Positions 9,013-19,169 of a stretch of DNA of 64,000 bases are shown here, piece by piece (the stretch's first letter is position 1; each line of letters begins with the position of its first letter). The notes under the pieces were generated by a model, which saw only the letters and a program-made list of their open reading frames with translations, did no database searches and had not been told where the DNA came from. The translations under genes and the position numbers were made by a program. The stretch is from Pirellulales bacterium (GTDB lineage Bacteria > Planctomycetota > Planctomycetia > Pirellulales > UBA1268), in NCBI GenBank assembly GCA_028066355.1, contig JALCBP010000006.1, positions 10,719-74,718 of the forward strand, written 5' to 3'.

Positions 9013-10452
9013 ATGGCTGGTGGGTTTCTCGACATTGCTGAAGCGGCAGCGCATCTCAATATTTCAGAAGATGCAGTCAAACAACTCGTTGACCAGCGGA
9101 AACTTTTTTCACTGAGGGACACATCCGGCCTTAAATTCAAACGTGAGGAACTCGATCGTTACCTAGAGGATCAGAAAGATATTCTTGCCACAGATGGAAC
9201 GGCCCCGGGAAACACAGAGAGTGGCCTCTCACTAGATGGATTAGAACTCGATCTCTCTGATAGTGAGTCCACAAGTCAAGAAAACAATGCACAGCAGCCG
9301 AATGCTGATGCACCTGCGAACGTTAACGAAGAGCAACCTGGCTCTGAAATCGGACTCGGTGAACTTGAACTTGAATCTGGCCTGTCACTCGCAGAAGGCA
9401 GCAATATTGATGATGGACCAGCAATTGAGGCGACTGGTATTCTGCCCGCTCAAGAAGCAGAAGCATCATTACTGATCGGTGGGGACCTTGATAGTTCAGA
9501 CATTGATGTTCCTGCAACTTTACTCGGAACAAATGAAGAATTTTCTCAAGCACAAGACAAAGACATCTCACCACAAGAGCAAGACATTGAGGCTGCCTCG
9601 AGTGATGCGCTTGGTAAATCAGTTGACATCAGTGGAATCGATATTGATCTGAGCGGTGTTGACATCGCGGATTCCGCTGCCGCAGAAGAACCCGCACAAA
9701 GTCTGGTGCTCGGTGATTCCCTCGCTGGTGATATTGAGAGCATCGTTGCGAGTGATATTTTTATCGATGAAGGGTTGGCGTCCGCCGTATTTGAAACAGA
9801 TGGATCTGGGAGCGTCGTCATACAGGATAGTGGTAGTATAGAGGCTAGCAATTCAAGTGATTTTATTGACGACAATGAAACGAGTGGCATTATTGATTCG
9901 GACCCTTTAAGCGATGGTTCTGACATTGGAAGCGCTATCTCAGACGTCAAAATGGAGGGGGGGCTTTCACTTGAGGATGGGAAAATTCAGGCATGGGACG
10001 TTGATCTAGGAGAATTTCTCAATGATGTTGAGGACGACCCTGATGCTGCAACCATGTTGGGTACCGCAAATGACTTTGATCTTGATGCTGAGGGTTCGTC
10101 AACGGATGACCCGAGTCAATCAGCCGATCTAGCTTCGTCTCAGGCTGGCGATTCAATGTTCGATAAATCAGCAGGTCCTGGTGATTCAAGCTTCTTCGGT
10201 GATGAGGTGGGACAGGATGCGGCACCACTGACAGCAGCTTCAGATATGCTCTCGAGCTCATTTGCTCTCATGGGCGACGACGCGAGATTTAATAGCTTAC
10301 AGGTAACAGGTCTCATCTGTTGTGCGTTGCTGTTACTCGTCGGTGGCCTCCTGACGTTTGATCTTGTCAGAACTATCGGAAGTTCGGCAGACACCTCATT
10401 GTCGAATCCACTGGTTGGCAGTCTTTCACAGCTTTTTGGATGGCGCCAGTAG
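9013..10452 (+). CDS. Excisionase-like HTH domain, long acidic low-complexity region and C-terminal TM anchor
   Basis: N-terminal FLDIAEAAAHLNISEDAVKQLVDQRKL...KFKREELDRYL (HTH_17-like). D/E/S/G-rich middle. Hydrophobic LQVTGLICCALLLLVGGLLTF near the C-terminus. Confidence 0.85.
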   Translation: MAGGFLDIAEAAAHLNISEDAVKQLVDQRKLFSLRDTSGLKFKREELDRYLEDQKDILATDGTAPGNTESGLSLDGLELDLSDSESTSQENNAQQPNADAPANVNEEQPGSEIGLGELELESGLSLAEGSNIDDGPAIEATGILPAQEAEASLLIGGDLDSSDIDVPATLLGTNEEFSQAQDKDISPQEQDIEAASSDALGKSVDISGIDIDLSGVDIADSAAAEEPAQSLVLGDSLAGDIESIVASDIFIDEGLASAVFETDGSGSVVIQDSGSIEASNSSDFIDDNETSGIIDSDPLSDGSDIGSAISDVKMEGGLSLEDGKIQAWDVDLGEFLNDVEDDPDAATMLGTANDFDLDAEGSSTDDPSQSADLASSQAGDSMFDKSAGPGDSSFFGDEVGQDAAPLTAASDMLSSSFALMGDDARFNSLQVTGLICCALLLLVGGLLTFDLVRTIGSSADTSLSNPLVGSLSQLFGWRQ

Positions 10453-10475
10453 GCATCAAAAGGATCTGTCCCTTA

Positions 10476-13145
10476 TCACAGAATACATCGCCAACTGTTG
10501 GACCGAAACTGCTTCACCGTCATTGCGTCGTCAGTCATTGTAATCAAAACCGCGCCGTGATCTGTTGGACTTTCACCTGCTGTTCTTAAAACCTTTCGCA
10601 GACCATTCCAGCTCTGATAAAAGTTTTCACAAACACAGGACCAGTCACGACCACCAGACCCACTAACTATCACGACGCTTGGCCGCACTCCTGATGCGAG
10701 TTCTCGTGAGAAACCCGTTGTGCTTCCATGATGAGGAGCGATGAGAATATCACAATGAGGTAAACCAGAATGCAAAAGATTCCTCAAGGCGTCACCCTCA
10801 ATATCGCCAGTGAATAACACTCGCTTTGATTCAATCGAGAGGTCAAGCACGATGCTACTCTGATTATCACTCACAACACTTGTCGTGGGGGCAAGCTGTG
10901 GATGTAACACACGAGCGACACATGAAGCACCAACAGAAATGACATCTCCAGCCAGCACAGTTCTGATCGGCACTTCGTACTTGACAAAAAGTCTCTTTAT
11001 TTCAGTTGCTGAACGGGAAGAACTGTCGAGAAATTGTGGTGACACGATTACCTGACCTACGCGAAACTCTTTGAGAATACCGGGAACGGCATTGAAATGA
11101 TCGGTGTCAGCGTGAGAAAGGACCAGATAATCAATCGTATGAATTCGATTGCTGAATAATGTTGCCCGAATTGATCGCAAAGCTGTTCTAGGCGCACCCA
11201 GCCTTCCCGCATCATACACGAGACAGTGACCTTCCCGCGTTTTTACTACTATTCCACAACCGTGTCCCATCCCCGCAATGGTTATTTGACTTTTTTTCAG
11301 ACCAGCTTTTGGTATCAATTTCAGGCCGATCCCCAACACACTCAATACAAACAGGAAAACAAGGAATATGCAGGTTTTCTGCTGAAAGACTGATCGCTGG
11401 CTTCTTCCGCACAGACTTGCAAACCGTGATCCGCACAAAGCCTGTGTCTTTTTTGAGTAGCTACATAAGTGGAGCAGAAACAAAAAAACAACGACGTACC
11501 AGATTACAACCCACCACGTCGGCAATGCATATACACGGAATGCACTTCCCGGAAGACTCGATATCCGCGTGACGATCAGTGTAAGAAGTTCGAATAAGAT
11601 CCCTGTAAGCCAACCCAAAGGTGCACAAATCGCTAAGGGCAATCCTGCTGTTACAAGACAGACAAACCCCGCTGCCATAACAATGGGGAGAAGGGGTGCA
11701 ATGAGCAGATTTGCCCCTACAGCAATTGGCACGAAGCGATTGAACTCAGAAGCCACCAGAGGGGCAGATGCAACCCATACCGATCCACTTACCATGATTC
11801 CCCAGCGAAGACTACGCAAGATTTTATAAGCTGTATTTTTAAAGCCACTCTGATTTTTTTCAATTAATTGCTGAATTGCTTCATGCGTCTGACGCTTCGG
11901 AGACAATCCGCCAAGAGACATCAACACCGCAGTCGCGAGAAAAGAAAGTTGCGAACCAACAGCGAGAACTGAAACAGGATTCCAGATAAGCAAAACAACA
12001 CCGACAACTGCGAGTGAATGGATACCAGCCATTCGCCTCTTGGTCCAGACGCCAGCACACGCGACCCAGAGAAGTAATGTTGCACGCATTACAGGAAGAG
12101 CTGCACCGGTAATTCCGGCGTAAACCGTAATGACACATGTAACACACAACCAACTCATTCGATAAGGACAGCCAAGGAAGCGGAGCACATAGAAAACCGC
12201 AGTGGCTACCAATCCGACATGGAGACCAGAGATTGCAAGGATATGAATACAACCTGTATCCGAAAACACCCGCATCGTCTGTTCTGGTAGTGCCCGCCGT
12301 AGACCAAGAAGTAACGAGTCTGAAAGTGGTTGACTTCGGCTAGGTACAATTGCATGAAGTCGATCACGAAGAAGTTGACGTAGCCAATCTACGCAGCGTG
12401 TTGTGGAGTAAGTAACACCGTCTGGGCATATACCAATCGATGACCAATCACGCACCCGGATGATTGTCAATACTCGATTCACCTGTGAATGGCGACGGTA
12501 ATCGAACTCACCAGGATTATTGGGCGATGAAGGTCTCATCGCTCGCCCGTAGAGACGCACATGAGTCCCCACTAAGAGCGAAGGAGAATTACCATTAACA
12601 AAAACACGTGCATACCCAGAAACTGGCACCCAATGCTGCAAATGTCTGGCAGAACTCAACTGAAGAACCCAAGTCGACAACTCAGTGTCTTTTCCGTCTC
12701 CAAGCGTCCCTTGTGTTTTTGTCGTTTGCTCCGGAGCCTCTACAACACGACCCTTGACTACTACAGGTTGCGGTGACTCTGTCAGACTCCAAGCTAAGTC
12801 ATCGCGTGAAAATAACCGCGCACAGCACCAGGCCCAACAACACACCGCAAACGCAATGCCGATCAAAAGAACCCACCATGCAATACGACGCACAACAACC
12901 GGTTGGCCTTCCACCCGCAACAAATACGATGTCAGGGAAACACAGGCGATGGATACAACAATGAGCGAGATGACCCAAAAACCACAAAATGTTGGGCAGC
13001 TACTAAAGAATGCTCCACTCGCGGCTCCGACGGCCAAGAAAATGAAGATTGATACCATCAAAGGAACTGATGGAATAAGCTCTCTGAGCACAGTGGCTAC
13101 TCTTTTAAAGCCATTAGCCCGACGTTTTCGAGTAAACCCCAACAC
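10476..13145 (-). CDS. comEC: ComEC/Rec2 DNA-uptake channel protein (OB-like, Competence and metallo-beta-lactamase domains); start uncertain
   Basis: NPGEFDY, HILAISGLH, QLSFLA, SHADTDH, FTGDI and PHHGS motifs, with many TM helices. Confidence 0.92.
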   Translation of the reverse strand: MLGFTRKRRANGFKRVATVLRELIPSVPLMVSIFIFLAVGAASGAFFSSCPTFCGFWVISLIVVSIACVSLTSYLLRVEGQPVVVRRIAWWVLLIGIAFAVCCWAWCCARLFSRDDLAWSLTESPQPVVVKGRVVEAPEQTTKTQGTLGDGKDTELSTWVLQLSSARHLQHWVPVSGYARVFVNGNSPSLLVGTHVRLYGRAMRPSSPNNPGEFDYRRHSQVNRVLTIIRVRDWSSIGICPDGVTYSTTRCVDWLRQLLRDRLHAIVPSRSQPLSDSLLLGLRRALPEQTMRVFSDTGCIHILAISGLHVGLVATAVFYVLRFLGCPYRMSWLCVTCVITVYAGITGAALPVMRATLLLWVACAGVWTKRRMAGIHSLAVVGVVLLIWNPVSVLAVGSQLSFLATAVLMSLGGLSPKRQTHEAIQQLIEKNQSGFKNTAYKILRSLRWGIMVSGSVWVASAPLVASEFNRFVPIAVGANLLIAPLLPIVMAAGFVCLVTAGLPLAICAPLGWLTGILFELLTLIVTRISSLPGSAFRVYALPTWWVVIWYVVVFLFLLHLCSYSKKTQALCGSRFASLCGRSQRSVFQQKTCIFLVFLFVLSVLGIGLKLIPKAGLKKSQITIAGMGHGCGIVVKTREGHCLVYDAGRLGAPRTALRSIRATLFSNRIHTIDYLVLSHADTDHFNAVPGILKEFRVGQVIVSPQFLDSSSRSATEIKRLFVKYEVPIRTVLAGDVISVGASCVARVLHPQLAPTTSVVSDNQSSIVLDLSIESKRVLFTGDIEGDALRNLLHSGLPHCDILIAPHHGSTTGFSRELASGVRPSVVIVSGSGGRDWSCVCENFYQSWNGLRKVLRTAGESPTDHGAVLITMTDDAMTVKQFRSNSWRCIL

Positions 13146-13257
13146 AACCTGTACCGACGTTTGAACAGAATAGCATTGTTGCTACATGCGTGCAGGAAAA
13201 CACACCTGACGCTGCTTAGAAGAAAAAGCGAGAGTAAGCCCGCCGAGGGGCAACTAA

Positions 13258-14166
13258 TTACAATGCTCGGGCTTGTATCACACGGGGTAAACCCGCGCCG
13301 TCTTTTACTGTTGGTTCTCCGACCAACTCCGGCGCATCTGAAACAATTTTTTCCGCTGTTGAAGCTGTTGACGGGCCAACCTCAAGAAACATCCAACCAT
13401 TCGATGACAGGCATCCTGACGCCTGCGCGACCAGTCGTTGAACTATTTCGCACCCTGTTACACCTCCCACAAGCGCTTCTCGCGGCTCGTAGATCCGAAT
13501 GTCGTCAGGAAGACCATCAAACTCATCTTCGCGAATATATGGTGGATTACTCACGATTATATCCCACGGTCCAACTAGACTGGGATGGTCCAGCAGATCT
13601 GATCGAAACAGACTAATTTGCGTCTCCAGAGAGTGCTTACTCACATTAACAGACGCGATATCAAGAGCAGGTTGTGAGATATCTGTAGCCGCAACGATGG
13701 CATCCTTCATGTGAGTCGCAAGTGCGATTGCAAGTGCACCCGAACCCGTGCCGACATCAAGTACACGCATGCCAACCTTACTGGAAAATTCCTGCTTCCA
13801 AACATCAAGGGCGCGAACCACAAGACCTTCAGTTTCCGGTCTTGGAATCAACGTTGCTGGCGTAACATTCAGTGATATTGAGAAAAACTCTTTCACACCA
13901 ACAAGGTAAGCCACCGGCTCTCCCCGACCACGACGACGAACAAGCTCTCTGAAGTTGTCTCGAGACTTGCCATCAACAACTTCATCAAACGTCGTGTAGA
14001 GGTGAATCCTTGGACAGTTTCGCACGAAGGCAAGAAGCACTTCTGCATCTAGTCGCGGTGAATCGCTACCCCGTTTGGTGAGCCACTCTGTTGTCCACGT
14101 TAACAGTCGACCAACAGTCCAGACATCTCCTTCATCATCCTTGCTTACCGACAAATTATCTTCCAT
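13258..14166 (-). CDS. prmC: Release factor glutamine methyltransferase
   Basis: LIPRPETE, LDVGTGSG and SNPPY motifs; directly downstream of prfA. Confidence 0.96.
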   Translation of the reverse strand: MEDNLSVSKDDEGDVWTVGRLLTWTTEWLTKRGSDSPRLDAEVLLAFVRNCPRIHLYTTFDEVVDGKSRDNFRELVRRRGRGEPVAYLVGVKEFFSISLNVTPATLIPRPETEGLVVRALDVWKQEFSSKVGMRVLDVGTGSGALAIALATHMKDAIVAATDISQPALDIASVNVSKHSLETQISLFRSDLLDHPSLVGPWDIIVSNPPYIREDEFDGLPDDIRIYEPREALVGGVTGCEIVQRLVAQASGCLSSNGWMFLEVGPSTASTAEKIVSDAPELVGEPTVKDGAGLPRVIQARAL

Positions 14167-14223
14167 ACGTTAATCAAGTCTTATCAAGAAAGGAGAGAGT
14201 CGGCTCGAAAAAAAACATTCTTA

Positions 14224-15291
14224 TCAACGAGCCGCTGCGCTACTACGCCGTTCCTGTCGCACGCGATCTTCCATTGCATCAAATAGAAGATTTAATCGTC
14301 CAGCGAGAATCTGATCAAGATTGAAATTCTGATTCATTCTATGATCTGTGACCCGATTCTGCGGGAAATTGTAGGTCCGAATCCGTTGACTGCGGTCACC
14401 GGACCCAACAAGCCCCTTTCGCTCATTCGCACGTTTTTCATGTTCAATTTGTCGCTGGCGTTCATAGATCCGCGTCTTCAGAACCCGCAATGCCTTCGCA
14501 AAGTTTTTGTGCTGGCTCTTTTCATCCTGACACTGCACAACGATACCCGTCTCGTGGTGTGTAAGCCGCACGGCGGAAGTTGTTTTGTTCACGTGCTGAC
14601 CACCTGGCCCACTGGCACAAAACAAATCTTTCCGATACTCATCTGGAGCGATAGTAACCTCAACATCCTCTGGCTCCGGAAGCACTGCCACAGTCGCAGC
14701 TGATGTATGAACCCGCCCCTTCGTCTCCGTATCAGGAACACGCTGCACTCGATGGCCACCACTTTCGTACTGAAGATGCCTAAATACTTCGCCCCCAGAA
14801 ACACCTATCACGAGCTCTTTAAAACCACCAAGCTCTGTAGGGCTGGCATCCATCACTTCTACATTCCATCCTGTTTCCGTGGCGTAACGTCGATACATTT
14901 CGAAAAGGTCACGAACAAAGAGTGCAGCCTCATCTCCCCCAGTACCCGCTCGTATTTCAACAATACACCGCGCTCGATCGGCATCTGGATCATCAAGACA
15001 AACATCAAGAATCGCATCCCACTCGTCATCTCGTCGTTTCTGAAGATTAGGCAGTTCAGCTTCTGCGAGTTCACGCAAATCAGCATCATCTCCAGATATC
15101 ATCTCATTGTATTCATCAATCTCTTGACCAATCGCAAGAAACGCCTTGTATCGGCGGACAATGCGAGTGAGGCTTCCATGCTCTCGGGCAATAGCTGACA
15201 TCCGTTGTGAATCAGCGAGAACCTCTGGATCAGCAAGAAGCCTTTCCAGTTCCTCAAACCTTGCTAGCTTGGCATCGAGTTCTTCCCGCAT
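14224..15291 (-). CDS. prfA: Peptide chain release factor 1
   Basis: [20 protein letters not shown] (PxT motif) and [18 protein letters not shown] at 15291 is preceded by GGAG. Confidence 0.97.
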   Translation of the reverse strand: MREELDAKLARFEELERLLADPEVLADSQRMSAIAREHGSLTRIVRRYKAFLAIGQEIDEYNEMISGDDADLRELAEAELPNLQKRRDDEWDAILDVCLDDPDADRARCIVEIRAGTGGDEAALFVRDLFEMYRRYATETGWNVEVMDASPTELGGFKELVIGVSGGEVFRHLQYESGGHRVQRVPDTETKGRVHTSAATVAVLPEPEDVEVTIAPDEYRKDLFCASGPGGQHVNKTTSAVRLTHHETGIVVQCQDEKSQHKNFAKALRVLKTRIYERQRQIEHEKRANERKGLVGSGDRSQRIRTYNFPQNRVTDHRMNQNFNLDQILAGRLNLLFDAMEDRVRQERRSSAAAR

Positions 15292-15417
15292 CACAACTCC
15301 AACTGCCAATAGAAATGAAATCGGCTAGCATACCTGCCACACCCGATGAACACTCTGCCCCTCCTCGGACCCTTTCGATAGCATGATCCGGACACATCTG
15401 CCTGCCAGAGAGATGAA

Positions 15418-15669
15418 TCACGACTCTCCTGAGGCTTGGGCAGTCTTTTTCTTTTTCAAACTTGCGTAGCCACTCGTGCCGAACTTTGTCTTAAACTTTT
15501 CTATTCGTCCAGCAGTGTCAACAAATTTCAGTTTGCCTGTAAAAAACGGATGACAAACATTGCAAATATCAATCTTTATCTCAGGTACGGTACTTCGTGT
15601 CGTAAAGGTATTTCCACAACCACACTTCACGACAGATTCCGAGTACTGTGGGTGAATGCCTTCTTTCAT
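15418..15669 (-). CDS. rpmE: 50S ribosomal protein L31 (Zn-binding CxC...CxxC form)
   Basis: MKEGIHPQY...CGCG...[12 protein letters not shown]...DTAGRIEKF; canonical rpmE-prfA-prmC order. Confidence 0.97.
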   Translation of the reverse strand: MKEGIHPQYSESVVKCGCGNTFTTRSTVPEIKIDICNVCHPFFTGKLKFVDTAGRIEKFKTKFGTSGYASLKKKKTAQASGES

Positions 15670-15807
15670 CGTATTCGTCTTTCGATTTATTGTGCGTCCC
15701 TAAACGCGGACAAGTCATTTCCTAAACATGCTGTCTCGCAGGCAGAATGATACCGCCGAACTCGACACTGGGCAATTGGACTCTCTTTATTAAGGTCAAA
15801 AACGCCT

Positions 15808-17484
15808 CTACTGAGATGAACTTTCTTGTGTTGCGCCTTCGGCCTGTGCCCCGAGTTTCTTTGAATTGCTATCAAAACTTATCTTCTCCGCTCGGAAACG
15901 GCTCCCAAAACGCTGAGGCGAGCGATCTTCAAGAAGTAATCGAATCGCTCCTTTTGTGTCTCCTGCCTGAAGCTTTGCCTCAGCGAGATTCAAACGGGCT
16001 GCCGACGCCCAACGGCCGTCTGGAGACGCAAGGAGCGTCATCCTCCCGAGGTAGTCCATGGCAATTTCAAAGTCACCCTCGGAAAGTGTGACAATACCCA
16101 GCCAATAGGTAGCATCTTCCTTCATCTCTTCATAAATACTGCGGACTGCTTCTCGCTGACCATCTGGCAAACTCGCGACCAATTCGCCCACAGCTGCATT
16201 ACTCGGCCGAGACAGCAAATATGCCTTTTTTGCTCCATTCGGACCTTCCAGCTGCCCTCGAAATTCACGCAGTCGGCCCGCATAAAGTGGACGAATAGTT
16301 CGTCTACCAGTACTAAGCCCGCCTCCCTGTCGTTTCTCTTCCATCACGACACCCATGCCCCGAAGTTCTCTCGCTAGTGCCTGGTTCACGGCCATGTCTT
16401 TCGACTGTCTCCTTCGACGCACTTCAAAGGGGAAGGACCAAAGTGCCACGGGAGTTTCTCCGTTGCTCTCGGGAAGCGCTCCCACGGCTAAGCTACCCAA
16501 ATTAGATGCATCGACAGCTAGCCGTACTGCCGAGCTACCAAAAAGGTTTTGCTCCAACATACTCATCCTTCGTGATAAGGATTGTGGATCAGCAACAACT
16601 AAGACAACAAGACTAGTCATGTCATTCGCCGAAACCGGATAGCGGCGAGACTCATCATCGAGCTGCTTCAAAACAGCTGGATTGGTTGATGCTTCTCGCG
16701 CCGTCGCAACACCTGCCCCAGCTAAACTCGGCACCGGAATCCCATAGGTTGGTTCAAATAAATAGGCTTCGTTTCCGGAAATAAGCGCTGGCAGCCACGG
16801 GCGATAGCTGCCATCACGGTCAACCGTTGCCAACATTACTCCTTGAAGCCCTGACTGTCGTAGCAACTCAAGAAAGATCCAACTTCTTTGGGATGCACTT
16901 GCTCGACCAGACAAAAGAATTTCACCCCGTTCAAACCATCGCACTCCTTTGCTATCGGCCGATGCCGTGAATGGTGGATCACTTTGAATCGCCAATGATC
17001 GGATTGTCCAGCGGAAAAGTGACGTTGCGATGTCGACGTCATCAAGTGCGTCGCCCCGGGCTGTTTTTGCAATATCCGACAGCCATCGCTGATCGCGAAT
17101 GGCTACAATGTCGTAGTTTGGGTCGAAGACAGAACTCGCAAGAACTTTCTCAGTACACATGCCTTGATAGTTTGTTGGCAACGCACTACAGAGACTGTCT
17201 ACCTTCCACTCTGCAATTGCGGCTGAGTCACCGACTGGATCGGCATGTATCCATTGGTTCAAACGATCGAACACCTGATCAACCGCCAGGGTCTCCTCGT
17301 AATTTTCCAAACTGTCGAGGATGGTCATGGCCCCTTCGAGCAATTTACCACGAACGTCTTCTGAGACATGAGGAACAATAACAACCTCGGTAGAAGGATT
17401 GGCAGGCGGGTCGCCACATCCTATAAATAAAAGAGCCAAAATAACGACACATACGCGGCCAGATCGTTGCAAAAACATAGTCAC
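15808..17484 (-). CDS. Hypothetical lipoprotein with probable degenerate transglutaminase-like domain and C-terminal TPR-like helices
   Basis: Lipobox-like LLFIGC. Central LFRWTIR...ILLSGRASASQRSWIFLELLRQSGL...YLFEPTYG. C-terminal ATYWLGIV...ARLNLAEA helices. Confidence 0.7.
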   Translation of the reverse strand: MTMFLQRSGRVCVVILALLFIGCGDPPANPSTEVVIVPHVSEDVRGKLLEGAMTILDSLENYEETLAVDQVFDRLNQWIHADPVGDSAAIAEWKVDSLCSALPTNYQGMCTEKVLASSVFDPNYDIVAIRDQRWLSDIAKTARGDALDDVDIATSLFRWTIRSLAIQSDPPFTASADSKGVRWFERGEILLSGRASASQRSWIFLELLRQSGLQGVMLATVDRDGSYRPWLPALISGNEAYLFEPTYGIPVPSLAGAGVATAREASTNPAVLKQLDDESRRYPVSANDMTSLVVLVVADPQSLSRRMSMLEQNLFGSSAVRLAVDASNLGSLAVGALPESNGETPVALWSFPFEVRRRRQSKDMAVNQALARELRGMGVVMEEKRQGGGLSTGRRTIRPLYAGRLREFRGQLEGPNGAKKAYLLSRPSNAAVGELVASLPDGQREAVRSIYEEMKEDATYWLGIVTLSEGDFEIAMDYLGRMTLLASPDGRWASAARLNLAEAKLQAGDTKGAIRLLLEDRSPQRFGSRFRAEKISFDSNSKKLGAQAEGATQESSSQ

Positions 17485-17537
17485 TCCGTTTTCAGGGCGC
17501 CTTTATCAACCAGCCATGTCGCCCCGTTTGATGATTT

Positions 17538-18419
17538 TTACAGTGAACTTTTCTGAGGCGCACTCTCCGCCGCAGAAACATCATCATCCATTGAGCCACG
17601 AACTGCATGAATTTGCAACACCCGTTCAAGTACCGAACGAAATTTGGACAGCGGCACCATATTAGGACCATCACTTGGACTGGAATCAGGATTTGGATGC
17701 GTTTCAAAGAATACGCCATCCACACCTACAGCGGCTGCGGCACGCGCGAGTGGCTCAACCAATCTTCGATCACCACCAGTGGCATCGCCATGACTCGCAG
17801 GCCGCTGAACAGAATGTGTGGCATCGAACAGCACGGGAACTCCAAACGATCGCATCGTCAACAGGCCAGTGAAATCATTAACCAGCCTCCCATACCCAAA
17901 GAATGTACCTCGCTCACACAACAGTGCATTCTTGCAACCACCAGCAGCCAATTTCGAAACCGCATGCTTCATCTCAGACGCCGCCATAAATTGGCCCTTT
18001 TTCACATTCACTGCCCGACCCGTGCCGGCCGCCGCCAAAAGCAAGTCCGTCTGCCTACAGAGAAACGCAGGGATCTGAAGCATGTCACAGACTTCTGCAA
18101 CCGCTTCAGCTTGCTCAGGCAGATGAATATCTGTTGTTACTGGTAAACCAAATGCAGTCTTCACGGATTGTAGGATTTTTAATCCAGCCTGAAGGCCTGG
18201 GCCGCGCTTTGAAGATGCTGACGTTCGATTGGCTTTATCGAAAGAAGCCTTAAAAACTACGTTGACAGGGAGGCTTTGATTAATCTCAACAAGAACGCGA
18301 GCGATTTCATGACACAGTTCTTCGCTTTCGATGACACAGGGCCCGGCTACCACAAAGAGTGGTTGGCCGCGACCACAGTGATATGTCCCAACCTGAGCAC
18401 AACCTGCTTTCGCGTTCAT
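17538..18419 (-). CDS. kdsA: KDO-8-phosphate synthase
   Basis: [47 protein letters not shown] and SDGPN motifs; likely start ATG at 18419. Confidence 0.96.
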   Translation of the reverse strand: MNAKAGCAQVGTYHCGRGQPLFVVAGPCVIESEELCHEIARVLVEINQSLPVNVVFKASFDKANRTSASSKRGPGLQAGLKILQSVKTAFGLPVTTDIHLPEQAEAVAEVCDMLQIPAFLCRQTDLLLAAAGTGRAVNVKKGQFMAASEMKHAVSKLAAGGCKNALLCERGTFFGYGRLVNDFTGLLTMRSFGVPVLFDATHSVQRPASHGDATGGDRRLVEPLARAAAAVGVDGVFFETHPNPDSSPSDGPNMVPLSKFRSVLERVLQIHAVRGSMDDDVSAAESAPQKSSL

Positions 18420-18729
18420 ATGCAATCTGTTTTTTTTCTTCGAATTTGGACTTTTGTCTCCAACCAGACGGTACCTGAAACACGTCGACGCCGCCCAGTC
18501 AAAATTTGACGCAAAAAGCAACGCAGTGAAGCTTTTTGCAAATTATTTCCATAGGTTAGAAAGGCTTGTCTCAAATTGAGACCGTGCCTGGCTAGCTTTT
18601 TGGGAAGCACACAATCCCAACCAAGTCACCGAAAAAAAGGTAAATAGCGTGTTTTAACCCATTTTTAAACTCGCATTGAACTCCAACGAAAAAAACAAAT
18701 TAGAAAACGTTGCGAAAGTTGGTTTTGGC

Positions 18730-18908
18730 ATGCCACATGCATTCTCCTATTGATGACGAGTCATTCCGAGTCTCGTCAACCACACCTTAAAAAAGTGGGG
18801 TCTTCGACTTTTTTTGGTCGAGCGGTCGCCTTGCCCCTGACCCGCTCGATTTTGGTAGGACGCTCCTGCCGGGTCGAGACCCTGCTTTTTTTACGCGCTG
18901 TGTGGCAT
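18730..18908 (+). ncRNA. Candidate structured RNA (multi-helix, unassigned)
   Basis: Nested helices 18730-37/18901-08, 18754-60/18772-78, 18789-808/18873-91, 18816-27/18839-51 and 18854-60/18864-70. The non-Watson-Crick pairs are G-U on the + strand. Confidence 0.45.
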
Positions 18909-18932
18909 AGAAGCCCAAAAAAAGCCTACCAC

Positions 18933-18962
18933 TTGACGCTCACTTATCGTCTGCGCTACCTT
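18933..18962 (+). promoter_or_regulatory. Putative sigma70 promoter for tRNA-Thr
   Basis: TTGACG-N18-TACCTT, about 40 nt upstream of the tRNA. Confidence 0.5.
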
Positions 18963-19003
18963 AAAGGACTCGGCGGTACGGCGTTTCCCTGCCGGATGCC
19001 CCC

Positions 19004-19077
19004 GCCAGCGTAGCTTCAATTGGCAGAGCACCGCATTCGTAATGCGGGGGTTGTGGGTTCGATTCCCATCGCTGGCT
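19004..19077 (+). tRNA. tRNA-Thr(CGT); CCA not encoded
   Basis: Acceptor GCCAGCG/CGCTGGC, D arm GCTT..GAGC, anticodon arm CCGCA-TT-CGT-AA-TGCGG, T arm GTGGG-TTCGATT-CCCAT. Confidence 0.96.
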
Positions 19078-19169
19078 CTCTACAATATTAGCCACGGTCG
19101 CCTTCGGCGATTTCTTCCTTTATGCTATAGCCCGTCTCGTCCTGCAGTCACAAAGGCATTTAACACACT

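Noticed and set aside
9013-9170. Excisionase-like HTH as a sign of a prophage or ICE
   Set aside because: It is fused to an acidic linker and TM, and no integrase or att repeats were seen.
19004-19077. tRNA-Thr as a genomic island integration site
   Set aside because: I saw no integrase or duplicated tRNA 3' end, and the flanking genes look like core genes.
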